From NCBI GenBank assembly GCA_001179505.1, contig CDMY01000821.1:191887-255886 (forward strand): a stretch of DNA of 64,000 bases. Reading direction: 5' to 3'. The translations under genes and the position numbers were made by a program. The notes under the pieces were generated by a model. That model ran no database searches. It saw only the letters and a program-made list of their open reading frames with translations, and had not been told where the DNA came from. Of this stretch, positions 22,160 to 35,023 are shown one piece after another (position 1 is the first letter of the stretch; each line of letters opens with the position of its first letter). The stretch is from Vitrella brassicaformis CCMP3155. Taxonomy: Eukaryota; Protista; Chromerida.

Positions 22160-25100
22160 ATGGGTGGGATGACGGAGATGGCGCGGCTGCGGACGGAGGA
22201 GAGCAGCAGCGGGGACAAACTGACCGGCGGCGGGGGGAGGAAGATGCACTACTACGTCAATGAGAACCCCCCATGGTATGACTGATCGACATGACGGACA
22301 ACAAACAACCGACAACCATGGATCTTTACCTCTCTGACCGTGTGTGTGTGCGTGTGCAGGTACTACGCCATCGTGCTGGGCTTCCAGCATTATCTGACCA
22401 TGTTTGGCGCGACCATCGCCATCCCATTCATGTGAGTGGGCTGACCCGACACACACACACAGCACAGCACGTGTGTGATTGATTCAAGTGGGTGTGAGCG
22501 AGAGGCCAGTGAGGCCTCCCGGCAGATGATGGCATTTGTGCGTGCATGAGCAGTGTACACACACACACATACTGTGATTAGAACCATGTAGCCATTAGCA
22601 GGAATGGCACCTGATGCACTCATTTAATAACGGTTGCTGCGGGTGTGTCGTCCTGTATCTTGTCCTCTCTGTCATGTTTCTTTCTTTCTCTCTCTCTCTG
22701 TGTGTGTGTGTGTATACTGTGCAGATTGTCCGATGCCCTCGGCGTGACAGAGCTGAAAGACGTGAGCTGCCTGGCCAGATAACAGAAAGCTCCACTCGTC
22801 CATCCATCAGCGGCATATCTGTCCGTCTGGCTGTCTGTCTGTCTGTCTGTCTGTCTGCGTGTGTTGCAGAAAGCCCGTTTGATCCAGACCATCTTCTTCT
22901 GCAGCGGACTCTGCACTCTCCTACAGGGCCTCTTCGGCCTACGGCTGCCTGTGGTCCAGGGCGGCACATTCAGCTTCCTCGCACCGGCCATGGCCATCGC
23001 AAACGTACGCAAAGCAGACCCTCTTCGCTCTTCGCCCCACACCATGCTGTTACCCTGTGTATGTATGCAGCTGCCGGTGTTTGCTGATGCGGGGTGGCGG
23101 CCCAAGCTCCTCGAGATCCAGGGGGCCATCATGGTGGCGGCCCTGTTTGAGGTCATCATGGGTGCGACGGGTCTGGTGGGGATCCTTCTGCGGTTCGTTG
23201 GGCCATTGACAATCGCTCCCACCATCACCATGATCGGCGTGTCGCTTTCTGAGGCGGCGGTGTTGCAGTCGAGTGGGAATCCTGGGATCGCCTTTATGGG
23301 TAGGTGACATGGGGAGGGCAGGGGGGGGGAGGGGCATGAGTACAGGGGCTGATGGATTGTCTATCTGGGTGTGTGCCTGTGTCTGTGTGTGTGGTGTATA
23401 GTTGTGGTGCTGCTGATCGTCTTCTCGCAGTCTGCATGGCTGGGAAAGATCAAGTGAGTGAGTGAGTGAGTGAGTGAGTGGGGCCGCTGGCGGGAAGGAA
23501 TGAATCCTCCCTCCTCGCCTGTAATCAATCGCACACAATCGGTTGTGTGTGCTTTGTGTGTGTGTGTGCTTTGTATGTGTGTAGGCTCCGCGTGGGCAAT
23601 GCCGAGCTGCCTGTGGTCCACCTGTTCCCGGTGCTGCTGGGGATCCTGATCAGCTGGGGAGTATGCGCGATACTCACAGCCACGGGTGAGTGAGGGATAG
23701 AGGCCTTCGATTGGTTGATTGATGGCTGTGTGGATGTGACGTACATGTGTGTGTGTGTGTGTGTGTTGGGGTGCGTGTGTCTGTTCTTCTGTACCTGTAC
23801 GTTGGGCTAGATACATTACGTGAGGGCGACGCCGCGCGCACCGACGGCAACCTGGCTGTGCTCAAGACTGTGCCCTGGTTTTACTTCCCCTATCCAGTGA
23901 ACACACCAGAATACACGAGACATGCACGTGCACATGCATCTCTGTCTGTCTGGGTTTGTGGGTGGGTGGGTGAGTGGGTGGGATGTGTGTGTAGGGTCAG
24001 TGGGGGACGCCCACTGTGAGCGTGGCTGGTGTCTTTGGGATGCTGGCTGGCGTTCTCGCCGGGATGATCGAGTCCATCGGCGATTACTACGCCATCGCGC
24101 GCCTCGCGGACGCACCGCCGCCACCCAAGTACACACACGCACGTGCCCATTACGTTGATGTGGATGTGCGCGTGGGTGTCATGACGTCGATGGATAAACA
24201 GGACTGCCGTGAACCGTGGGATACTGTTTGAGGGCATCGGCTGCATCATTGCCGGTGCATGGGGGTCGGGCAACGGTGAGGACACCACACACACCAAGCG
24301 GCACACACAGCACAGCACGTACCCACACACACTGTCTGTCGGTTTGGCTGGCCGCTGGTTGTGTGCAGGTACGACAACGTATTCTGAGAACAACGGTGCT
24401 GTCGGCCTAACGCGTGTCGCGAGCAGGACTGTCGTCTTGAGCGGGGCGTGCATCATGCTCCTCTTCGGCATCATCGGCAAATTCGGCGGCATCTTCGCAA
24501 CCATTCCTGGACCGATCGTACGCCCCCCCACACACACAGACACACAGACACATTAAGACAACCACACCCACAGTGCCCTGATATGTGGGTGTCGTGTCGG
24601 TGTTGTGGATGATCGGTTGGTTCACTCACTAGGTTGGCGGCGTGTACTGCGTGATGTTTGGGATGATTGTGGGCGTCGGCATCAGCAACCTCCAATACTG
24701 CGACCTCAAGTCAGCGAGGTGCGTTCAGTTCACACACACGGCCACCCCCCCTCCCCTCCCCCATGCACACATAGAATATCTCTCTCTCTCTCTCTCTCTT
24801 TGTTTCTTTCTCTGTTTCTCTCTGTGCAGGAACCTGTTTGTGGTGGGATTCTCCATTCTGATGGCCTTGGTGATCCCCGACTACGTCGATAAAAACCCGA
24901 AGAAGTTCGACACCGGTGTGGCGGAGCTGACACAGATCATCACGGTGCTTCTCTCCACCAACATGGCCGTCGCCGGCATCATCGCTTGCCTCCTCGACAA
25001 CATCCTCCCAGGTGAGTCAGTCAGTCAGTCTGTCTGTCTGTCACGGATTGAGGGCGCCACAGCTGCATCCATCTCTTTCTCTCTCTCTCTGTGTGTGGGT

Positions 25101-25515
25101 GTCTAGGCACTGACGAGGAGCGTGGCATCACGGCGCTGCATGGGGGTGGTGCGGGGGCGAGAGCCGCATCTGAGGTGAGCGAGCGACAACAGGAAAAGGC
25201 CACATTGACACCTCTCTGTGTCTCTTCACATGATTGCTGCATTCAGGAGGAGGTTGCCAAGACGTACAACCCCATCGGCATCGAGGCCATCTATCGGTGA
25301 GCCACGCAGACAGACAGGCACCACACCGGGCTTGCTGGATGGCGTATATGTTTGCTTCGTGTGTGCGTGCATGCAGTGTGTTTCCGGCGTTTGTGCGTTG
25401 GTGTCCGTTCCTGCCGGTGCCGTACCACGGCAAGGGCGACGACACCGACAAGAACGGGGGCTTGTCCATCTCGCCCACAGAGCCTGACACAAATGACTTG
25501 TCGTCGAAGGTCTAG
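22160..25515 (+). CDS. Nucleobase-ascorbate transporter (NAT/NCS2, SLC23 family)
   Basis: [63 protein letters not shown] signature [23 protein letters not shown], many TM segments; multi-exon. Confidence 0.93.
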
Positions 25516-26464
25516 CCTGTCTGTCAGTGAGTCTGTCTGTGAGTCTGTCAGTGAGTCGTCTTATTGGTTGTCGCCGGTTGCGACCGACAGCCGTTCGTTG
25601 AGAGAAGACGCCGTCAGTGTTTTCGTCTTTATTATTATTCAGGCGACCCGTGTGTGTATGTGTGTGATCAGGTCGCCCTTTTTGGCTGAACCTGCCAAGG
25701 CAGCTAGCTTTGTGTGAGTGTGGTCTTCTCCTCTTTCTTTCTCTTTTCCCCTTTCTTTTTCCTTTTTCTTTTTCCTTTTTCTTTTTCCTTTTCCCGTGTT
25801 GGTTCCCTGCGTGATTGCTTGCCTGAAGAAAAGAATCGGCCCCACGAAGTGACCGACCGACCTATTGGTCAGCCTAGCCTGGTTGGGGCGCGTGTTTGTT
25901 CGTTTGTTCGTGTAAGGAGGTGTATGCTACATGGACGGAGGGAGGGGGGAGCGAGGGAGGGAGGGATTCATTCATACCGTTGCAAGTGCGTACTGGCTGA
26001 GAAGCTGAGAATGGGTGTCTCTGCCTGAGCGGCGAATGAGCAAGCAATAGGTAGGAGTACTTTTATCGGTCCGTGTGTCGGTGTGTCGGTCTTATTGGGC
26101 ACGGGGGCAATGGACCGTAAGCTCCATCCATCTACACGTCCATCAAGAATTTTTACGTCCGTGCCACGCCGCGAGAGTGCCCGGCATGGACATCATGATG
26201 TGTGTATCGTGAGTGCTCACTGCTGTGTGTCGTGGGTGGGAGGGGCGCAACCCCGCCGTTTTTTGAGGCGGGTCGGGTCAGCCTCCCAACCAGACACACG
26301 TGTGCGTGTGCATGTGCCGTGTAAGTGGCGTGCTGTGTGGATACGAGTTGAGAGGAGGATAACTGCGCTGCCTCTGTGTCAGGGCCACGAGTGGAGTGCG
26401 TGGGGTCTGAGTTGTCGTGGCATCTCGAGGAAGATAGATAGTGAGGCTGCATAGCTACGTTTAC

Positions 26465-26990
26465 AAGTCGATCAAGTGAATCAGTGAGTGACCGAGAGAG
26501 CGATATGTCATGATTTGTTGATTGATTAATTGAGCGAGCGATTGATTTGGTGATCAATCATATGTTATGTCATGTCACATATGATTGATTGTTGATCAAC
26601 CAATCAATCAATCAAACAACAAATCACGACCGCCCGCCGATGATGGCTTTACGTATACACAATCAATCAATCAAGCAGAGCAAGATCAATCAATTAACAA
26701 ATCAATCAACCAATCATGACTGGTCGCCCGCCGATGATGGGTTTTCTGGGCTTCTTGATCCTGCTTTGCGACGTTTGACTTGACTGGGGCCGCGGGAAAA
26801 GGCGACAAACAAGAATGCAAGCATGAATGTAAGCAACAAGAAATGTACAGACACACGAACACATGTCTCTTTCTGAAGCACACGAAGGGTCACGCCAAGC
26901 AGACACTGTGTCTTGCTTTTTGTCTCTTTGATAGGCTGCGACCGTCCCGACTGCCCATCAAACAACAACGGCAACAACACCGCCGGCGTC
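26465..26990 (+). repeat. Dispersed repeat family copy (direct copy at ~43725-44070) carrying an (ATCA)n-rich imperfect palindrome
   Basis: Shared gatca/cgagtgaatca.tgagtgaccgag and ccgccgatgatgggtttt...gtttgacttgactggggccgcggg...acacacgaacacatgtctct blocks. Confidence 0.8.
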
Positions 26991-27417
26991 GGTGTACATA
27001 GATAGCATCTTACCATGAAGCACGAAATGCTCCCCTGCCAAGCAAACAAACTGCACATAGGGAGGGAGGGAGGGAGGGATGGGCCATTGACGTGATTTGT
27101 TGATTGTGTTCGGGTGGGTCACATACTCACGTCGCACTGGGAGCCTGGACAGCCAACCTGCACAGAGACAGAGAGACAGAGAGACAGACAGAGGGAGGGG
27201 TGGGCGTGTGTGTGTGTGGATGCCTCACCCACACATCCGTGAGTGTACCCATGCGCCCGGCAACGTCTTCTGTTGGGTGTGCGATGCAGTGAGCACAATC
27301 GCCATCAGATATAGAATGTAGGCAGCAATCTTCTGTCCGTCGGGCCCCTCGCACCACCTGTACCATACCCACAAGACACATCACACAACACACATCAAGT
27401 GTTATTGGCTGACTCAC

Positions 27418-30050
27418 TCACTTGCTGTCCTCAACAAACGTCGGAGAGTTGATGCATCCTCGTATGTGCGACGTACCGGTCATGACACTGTGGCAGTATG
27501 TGTCGATGCGCTTGTATAGGTCCTTGCAGCCTGGGCCGGCGTCGATGTGGCCCGGCACAATGTCCTCGAAGAAGCTCAGGGCCAAGAGGGAGAGTCTGGG
27601 GCCAATGAACACGGGGCTCCTCAATGGCTTTCTTGGCCTTCGTCTTCGCGCGCTCGATGCATCCCTGGTAGAGCTCGACCACCGCCTGTCGCGTTGTGAA
27701 GCTGCCGAACGAGCACCCCTTGCTCAGGCGGGTCATGTCGGCCTTCTGCGCAGTGTACCAGGCGATGGCGGCTGTCTTGTACTTGGGGTCGGCGTCGGAG
27801 GGCATGGCAAGCAGGAGGACGGCCCATGCGGCACAGACGATGTCGCTGGCGAAGCCGATGTCCTCCTGCTGCCGCTCCTCGACCTTGGCCATGAGATTGC
27901 CGATCGTCATGCAGGGCGCGTTTGGGTGGCAGCGAAGGGGAGGCTGCGGGGGCGGGGGAGACCCATCCGGGGATGTCACGCAGCGTGACATCTCCATGTC
28001 GATGAGAAGGACTTCCCCCATCCGTCGGTCGGCGACCAGCACATTCTCGATCGACATCCGTGAAAGCAGGTTGACACCCATTGCGGCCTTGACACGCGCA
28101 TCGACGACATTTGGCGCCGCACAAACCGACCGCAGCTTCTCCCCTCCAAAGCCATCTGCATCACACCGCACCACACAACACATGAAGATATGCGCCACTC
28201 CTCCCTTGGCACTTCATTTCTTTTTCCATTCGCTTACCAGCACTAACCTTCTCCATGAGAATGCACAGCCCCCTCTCATACTCAGCCGTCGCCCCTCCCT
28301 CGGTAAGTTCCACCAACGCTGTCGGGCGCAGCTCGGGCACATCAGCCACATCGGCGAGTATCCGGGGGGCGATCTGCTCGGTCCCGGTGTGGCGATCAGG
28401 CAGCGCCGTCAGCTGCAGCTGGGCATCCTGCAGGGCCGCGTTCTCCCCAGCCCATTGCTGCAGCTCCCGCAGCCTCTCTGCCTCAATGGCGAGGCCATCA
28501 ACCAGCAGCGCCGCCCTCCCCATATCCCCGCCCTTCTTCCACAGCTCCCTCGCCACACTCTTGCGCACCACCGGCACGGGCACGTGGCCCGGTAATGTGC
28601 CAGGGCACACGTCGCACTCCCCGCGACCTCCCTCCTCTCCTGTGAACGGCTCGCCCAGGACCACCGACCTCACCAGCTCGGTGGGGTCACTGTCGTCGGT
28701 GCTGCTGGTGGGCCGGTCGCCGTCGTCGTGCGAGTGAGAGGTGGCGGCTGTGATGGGAGAGGCGGGCTCTGGGGCGGTGGTGGCGGTGGTTTCGGATGGA
28801 GCAGCCGCCGGTGCGTTGGGCGAGGACGGGGGCGGCGCCAGAGGGGATGGGTCGGTGGGGCTGTGGCTGTCAGAGGGGCTCCTCTGCAGGGGTTTGGGAG
28901 GGGGAGGGCCGCTGACAACGTCGTCGTCAGTGATCTCCATGGGCGCCCCAGCGCTGTTGCCTGCGATGGCGATGGCGTTGGCGTTGCTGGCAGATGCAGA
29001 TGCAGAGATTGCTGGAATGACGTTGGCCGCCGGCGATTGGTCGGGTGGTGGTGACATGGGAGAGGGGGAGGGACAGGGGGAAGGCGTCAATGCCGTTGTT
29101 CTCGGTCTCTTCTTTCTTGCATACCACACCATCGATATCCGCCGCTGCACCTCAGGCAGTGTGAGGTGAGCTGCCGCCTCCTGACGAGACACTATCTTCG
29201 GCGCTGCCGCATCGTCCCCAATGGCCCACGTCTCTTTGTTGTCAGAGCACTTGGCCAGTGCCGCACAGTGGCCGCCATTGACCACCTCGTGTCCGTTGTC
29301 GTCCCTGTCAAGGTGGTGGAACTGGACGGCGAATAGCTCGAAAGGGATGGAACTGGTGACAGTGGGCAGCTCAAGCGTCATGGGGGCCGAGATGCGAAGG
29401 GGGCTGGGGTATTGACGGTCTATCGTCCCCCAGTTGGTGTAGTGGCACTGTGCGCGCTTCACCGACAGCGCCAGGACGTCCGCCGCATCGTACATCTGCT
29501 GTCTGCAATATAACCAAAGGAAACAAGCAATGGATGGATGAATGGCTGGATGAATGGATAAACATCGATGGATTTGTGTCATAGGAGCACCCCGTCTTAC
29601 TTGTATGTGATGCGACCTCCGCAGCCAGAGCACGGGCGCTGGCCTTCGGGCTTATCATCTTGCAGCAAGGTCGCCTGGATGACCTCCGTGAGGTCCCACT
29701 CCTTGGACAGATCCATCACGTCAGTCACACCAATTTCCACCACCCTCTCCGTAGCGCCAACAGCTTCCCTGCCCTCGCCACACTGACACACCTTCTTCCT
29801 CAGAAGGGCACATCCAAACACCGCCCCAAATCGGCTCTCCTCCGAGACACCAGCCGCCGACTCCTCACATTCGATGATGTGCAGGAGAGCACGGAGTGTC
29901 TCAGCGGTGTCCTGTTGGCGCCGCACATCGAGGTCGTAGTCGCCGCCCCAAAAATCGCCACGCGGCTTTTGAAGATGCGAGAGCAGCGGCGTCATATCGA
30001 GGAGAGGGGCGCCCTGGCCGGTCGATGACGCGACGTTGAGGAAAAACTTC
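27418..30050 (-). pseudogene. 5'-truncated USP paralog fused to a frameshifted protein kinase-like domain
   Basis: 29100-30045 is highly similar to 650-1590 (QDTAET, His box), but similarity ends before the Cys-box exon. Kinase-like pieces: LGEPFTGEEGGRG...VVRK, AIEAERL, LCILMEK, then FHG/SIENVLV...LIDMEMSR and ASDIVCAAWAV. Frameshifts near 28050 and 27630. Confidence 0.6.
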
Positions 30051-30059
30051 ATTCATACA

Positions 30060-31900
30060 CAACACAACACACAAGACACAACACACAGGGGTGAGGGGGA
30101 GGAGAGGGGGGGAAGCGGCGCGTGTGGTGTGGTGTGTGTGGTGGTGTCACCGTGCGCCCTGCAGTCACTCTTCCGTCTGCCCAGCAGCGACATCCCTGGA
30201 GGTGACGGCGGCGTACCTGCGCGTGACACCGGTGATCGGGTTTGTCGGTGATGGGATTCGAATTGAAGTGATAGACGAATGGAATGCAGTGTCGTCAACT
30301 ATAGAAGAAACAAACAAATGCAGATACAAACACTCAGTCCCCGCCTTCCTCCTGTTCTTTCCGCATTGACCTTCCTGGTCCTTGTCAAGACTCTTTGGTC
30401 GTCTTCCTCTCCCTGGCCAGCGACAACACCTCCCACACCTCTTCAGACTCCCACACCTCGACAGGTTCTTGAGCAGCTGTTGAGTCTCACTCCGCATTAC
30501 GATGAAGCTGAAGGCTGAGGTTAGGCCAACGAGTACAGGGATGTATACGAGACTGGTCGCTCTTTCGTCGAGGAAGGACCGCCCAGACGCCGCTGTCACA
30601 ATCGCGCAGACGATGAACAGGTGTGGGTGTGGGTGTGTGGGCCTGGTAGGTGTGTGGGTAGTTGTTGTAGGCTGATTACTCAGCCTTCTTGGTGTCGGTG
30701 GCGGGGGCAAACAGCTCGTCCCACTGAACGCAACATACCACAACACAACACAACACACAAGACACAACACACAGGGGTGAGGGGGAGGACAGGGGGAGAA
30801 GGGGCGCGTGTGGTGTGGTGTGTGTGGTGGTGTCACCGTGCACCCTGCAGTCAATCTTCCGTCTGCCCAGCAGCCTGGGCGTGCCTGGGCGTGACGGCGT
30901 GCCTGGGCGTGACACCGGTGATCGGGTTTGTTGGTGATGGGATTCGTTCTGAAGGGATGGACGAAGGGGATGCAGTGTCGTCAACTATAGAAGAAACAAA
31001 CAAATGCAGATACAAACACTCAGTGCCCGCCTTCCTGTTCTTTCTGCATTGACCTTGGTCCTTGTCACGACTCTTTCCTCGTCTTCCTCTCCCTGGCCAG
31101 CGACAACACCTCCCACACCTCTTCAAACTCCCACACCTCGACAGGTTCTTGAGCAGCTGTTGAGTCTCACGCCGCAGTACGACGAAGCTGAAGGTTAGTG
31201 TTATGGCAGCGAGTGAAGTGACCGCTACGACACAAATGCTGTGTCTGTGCCGGGGAGGGAGGACCGCCCAGACAACGCTGTCACAATCGCGCAGACGATG
31301 TACACGACGCACACCACGAAGACGACCAAGGACAGCGGGGTGAGCACGGCCACGAATACTCCAGGCCAGCCCTACCACACACCACACACACGCGGACTCA
31401 CCAACACACCTGCTTGCCCGTCATCTCGCCACTTTCAGCTTACCACCTCTTGCTCGGCGGGCAGCGTCTGTTGCACCGGCGTCTGGTGCACTTGTTGTCT
31501 GTCGAGCTGAGCTGGCGGCGGCTGTTGCACCAGCGTCTGGTGCACCTATTGTTGGCCAGACAGGGTAAGCCGAGCATTCTCTTTCTCCCAGCATTGGCGG
31601 ATGATGTCGGCGATTTGGGCGGCAGAGTGTGAGCTTGGTGGGCTCCTCAAAGTGGTACTCGATTCTCATCTCCATTGCCCGATACTGCAGCTCACATGGA
31701 TCTCCCGAAATGAAAGGGCCCTGGGCAAGACGTCGATGACCTGCTGCACCAGCTGCAAGAACACAAGGCCTTCTGCGGCCTGCCTCCTCTCTGCCAGGTC
31801 GAATGCGCGAATCTGCCGGCTAGAAACGTTTTCCTCTCAAAAAAGAATCGTATTCTCGCCGTCTCAGACTTCTCGACGGAGAAAGAGGGAGAGATGAGTT
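30060..31900 (-). pseudogene. Decayed membrane-protein gene with a tandem ~680-bp duplication (30060-30600 vs 30740-31280)
   Basis: Both copies encode IVCAIVTA.SGRS...FSF.V.R.ETQQLLKNLSRCG. One copy is frameshifted; the upstream frame at 31450-31800 has in-frame TGA and TAG. Confidence 0.5.
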
Positions 31901-32109
31901 GTTTCTTGTTTGTGTGCGAGACTGACCGATCTGCCTGCCTGCCTGTATATGTGTGTGTGTTTGTGTGAGACGGCTTAGCGTGTTGCCCTTGGGCGAGTAG
32001 GACGGCTGCGTCTCGGTGTTCGTGGACAGACAGATTCATGACTTGGCTGAACGAATATCATCTCTGGCTGCTCACATAACTCAACCACTCAAGACAGGCA
32101 CCGCAAAGT

Positions 32110-34287
32110 CAGCGAGACAGGGACACATCCACATCCCAACGTCGCTCATGGCAGTAGGCCAACCGCCTTATTTCCAGTCCAAGTGACCTCAAGAGCTGCC
32201 GCACGGCGGCCACCGTGACAGGGAATCGCTCACCGACCGTCACCCCATTCGCCACCACCGCCTCGCTCGTCCTGACCACGGTTTGCCCTTCATCGAGAGA
32301 TACTGACGCCACGACAGAGCCGCCACCCAGTAGCAGCACCACAACCCGTATTGGTGCATGAAGAGCTGGTGGTCGGCCTTCACTCCGCCATTCAACTCGC
32401 AAATCGATGACGAACGTGTCAGATTTGCCGCTGAGGTCATTCCGCCGCAGGGCACGATAGCCAGCATGACGCAACCCACTGTCACATCGAGGACGACATT
32501 CATGCCGCGGCGATAATCGACCCGCCGATAACCTGAAGCAACCCGAGGGCAAACTCGCTGAAGAAGCGGTAGACATGGGGGGTCGACAAGTCACAGCTGA
32601 CGGGTGGGTCAGTGTCTCGACAGGTCCGACGAATGAATGGATGCAAGTGCCACAGCTCATCACGCTCGATGACGCGGAACCGCCTCTCTCCAAGACGATA
32701 CCACTGGGCTTGCCATCCGATCCGGGCCACAAGAAGAATGAGCGCGCCAAACAAGATGCTAACCACCAAGGCAGCGACCCAGCACAATATGGCCCAGCCC
32801 GAGAGCCGGCCACTGCGGACGCCTTGGTAGGAATCCAACGTGCCGGCCAAAAAAAGCCAAGCGCACCCCAGCAGATAGAATAAGTAAACGGCTGCAGTCA
32901 GGAGTTGCAACCGCGACAAAGGTCCCAGCTCTGCCTGTGGGTCAGCGCCGTAGACATGGCCAAGTATCTGGTCAACGGCCATGGCAACGGGCAGCCGATG
33001 GAAGCTCGCCTTGTCGGAAGGTGAGCCGCCACTCTCTCAGCCGAGAGTACGAGGGGCAGTTGGCGACCCACACCGCAGACACTTGCCACCCTGATAAACG
33101 CGGCCATAGAGCGCCACTCAGCCGCCTGCTCGATGACATAGGCACAGCGAGCGGGATGGTGGGTGTGGAGGGGCTGCGGCATCGACGCCGCAGACTTGCG
33201 AAGATCCACGCCTCGCCTTTCCTGCCGTCGATTCATTCACAATCGACGCCATACACGCGCACCACAATCCAGGGCCTCCCTTCCACTCACACCTACACAC
33301 ATGCATATGCACCCACTCATGCACGCACACATCTCAGTGGACATTCTCACCCATTCGCTCGTCTCGTGAAAAGAAGTCGCCTCGTGCAATCGATGTCAGG
33401 GCGTCGGTCAGCGCCATGTGGCCGCCAATCGATCAAAAATCCAAAGCACATCACAATAGAAAATCCCTCGGCGTGTGTCTCTGAGCCAGAATCTCCACAT
33501 AGATCGAGAGCCGCAGCGATTAGCCAAATCCCAAGCTCTCCTCTTCTCTCTCTGCACCGACACATTCATTGTGGGTCAGCGTCCCTTTCTCACTCACCAT
33601 ACGCAATGCCAATGCCGACCGATCTCTTGACAGCGTTTCCCAGTCATCTCTCCCGCCCCCCCATCGGATCGGTCATTCGGCCGCCCTCTCCCCAGCCATC
33701 CCGCCAGTCACCAACAAAGAGACGCCGACAGACACACGCGCCACGTGCGACTCGAAAGGCCGTGTCTCCCTCCCTCGTGCACTCTCTCTCGCTGCCATCA
33801 GGTCACCAGAGCCTCACAGGCACACAGCCGCCCGACAGGCACACACGACAGCCGACAAAGCGCCGATTGGCGAGTGAATGCACTCATCTTTTCATCCCCT
33901 TATGGCCCCACGAGCGCACCTGGCGAAGGCAGATGGCAGCCGGCGGCCCTCTGAGCCATCAGAGCGACTCAACGTCAGCCGCCTGACTGACGTGCGAGTT
34001 GACTGACTTCTCCTTGGTGACGGGCCGGACATCTCTCGGCCGCATGACGCCCATCAACACCCACGAGCACACCATCGCCGTTTGACGTCCGCATCTGGTC
34101 CTGACCTACACGCACACACAGACACACACAGAGCGGCTGACGTGCGGCGATCTCCTCCCTTGACGTCCGGCGAAACTGACTCACAGCCAGCCCCGCTTGC
34201 CGTTGCCGAACCCCCCGCTCCCCCCTCATGCACCGAACCCGATCCTCCGCATTCATCTCTGCGAGCTTGGCTTCGTCCAGTGTCACT
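32110..34287 (-). pseudogene. Frameshifted member of an uncharacterised lineage-specific protein family
   Basis: Coding-like segments in different frames: DEAKLAEMNAEDRVRCMRGERGVRQRQ; YVIEQAAEWRSMAAFIRVA...LPLVL; YRLGERRFRVI...DTDPPV...FFSEF; TSEAVVANG...ERFPVTVAAVRQLLRSLGL. These resemble, from memory, an expanded Vitrella family. Cut by the gap. Confidence 0.45.
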
Positions 34288-34587
34288 NNNNNNNNNNNNN
34301 NNNNNNNNNNNNNNNNNNNNNNNNNNNNNNNNNNNNNNNNNNNNNNNNNNNNNNNNNNNNNNNNNNNNNNNNNNNNNNNNNNNNNNNNNNNNNNNNNNNN
34401 NNNNNNNNNNNNNNNNNNNNNNNNNNNNNNNNNNNNNNNNNNNNNNNNNNNNNNNNNNNNNNNNNNNNNNNNNNNNNNNNNNNNNNNNNNNNNNNNNNNN
34501 NNNNNNNNNNNNNNNNNNNNNNNNNNNNNNNNNNNNNNNNNNNNNNNNNNNNNNNNNNNNNNNNNNNNNNNNNNNNNNNNNNNNNNN
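34288..34587. other. Assembly gap (300 N)
   Basis: N run. Confidence 1.
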
Positions 34588-35023
34588 CCCCCCCCTTTCG
34601 ACGCCAGCTGCCTTGTGTGCCCTCCCTCGCCCTCTCTGCGGCGCCGTTGCGGCCAACTCATCTTTTCAGCCGACTTCTGCCGCACAAACGGCCACAAGCG
34701 CTCATCGGGCGATGATGCGGTCCACCCTCCACCTGAGGGTATCACAGGTGGCACAGGAAGGCAGAACGCATGCATCAAGGCGCCGAAAAGCACGCAGAGG
34801 CCCTCACGCCCCCATATCACTCATGTGTGGTTTCTGACGGTCAAGTATGCCTCCCTTTTCCTTCAGGTGTCATGTGGGCGTCCTCCAGTGGACCCCCACA
34901 GCCGGATCCGATGTGGTGGCTGTCAGGCCTCACGGCGTCGACGAGTCGTGGGGGCGTCTCCCTCTCACTTGGAGCGTTGTTCGACGGCTCTCATTCGCTT
35001 CTAGCCTTCGTCATACATCATTT

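Noticed and set aside
32500-32982. Multi-pass membrane protein suggested by the hydrophobic ORF
   Set aside because: The hydrophobic start appears to be an off-frame reading within a frameshifted relic; only its C-terminal part looks coding.
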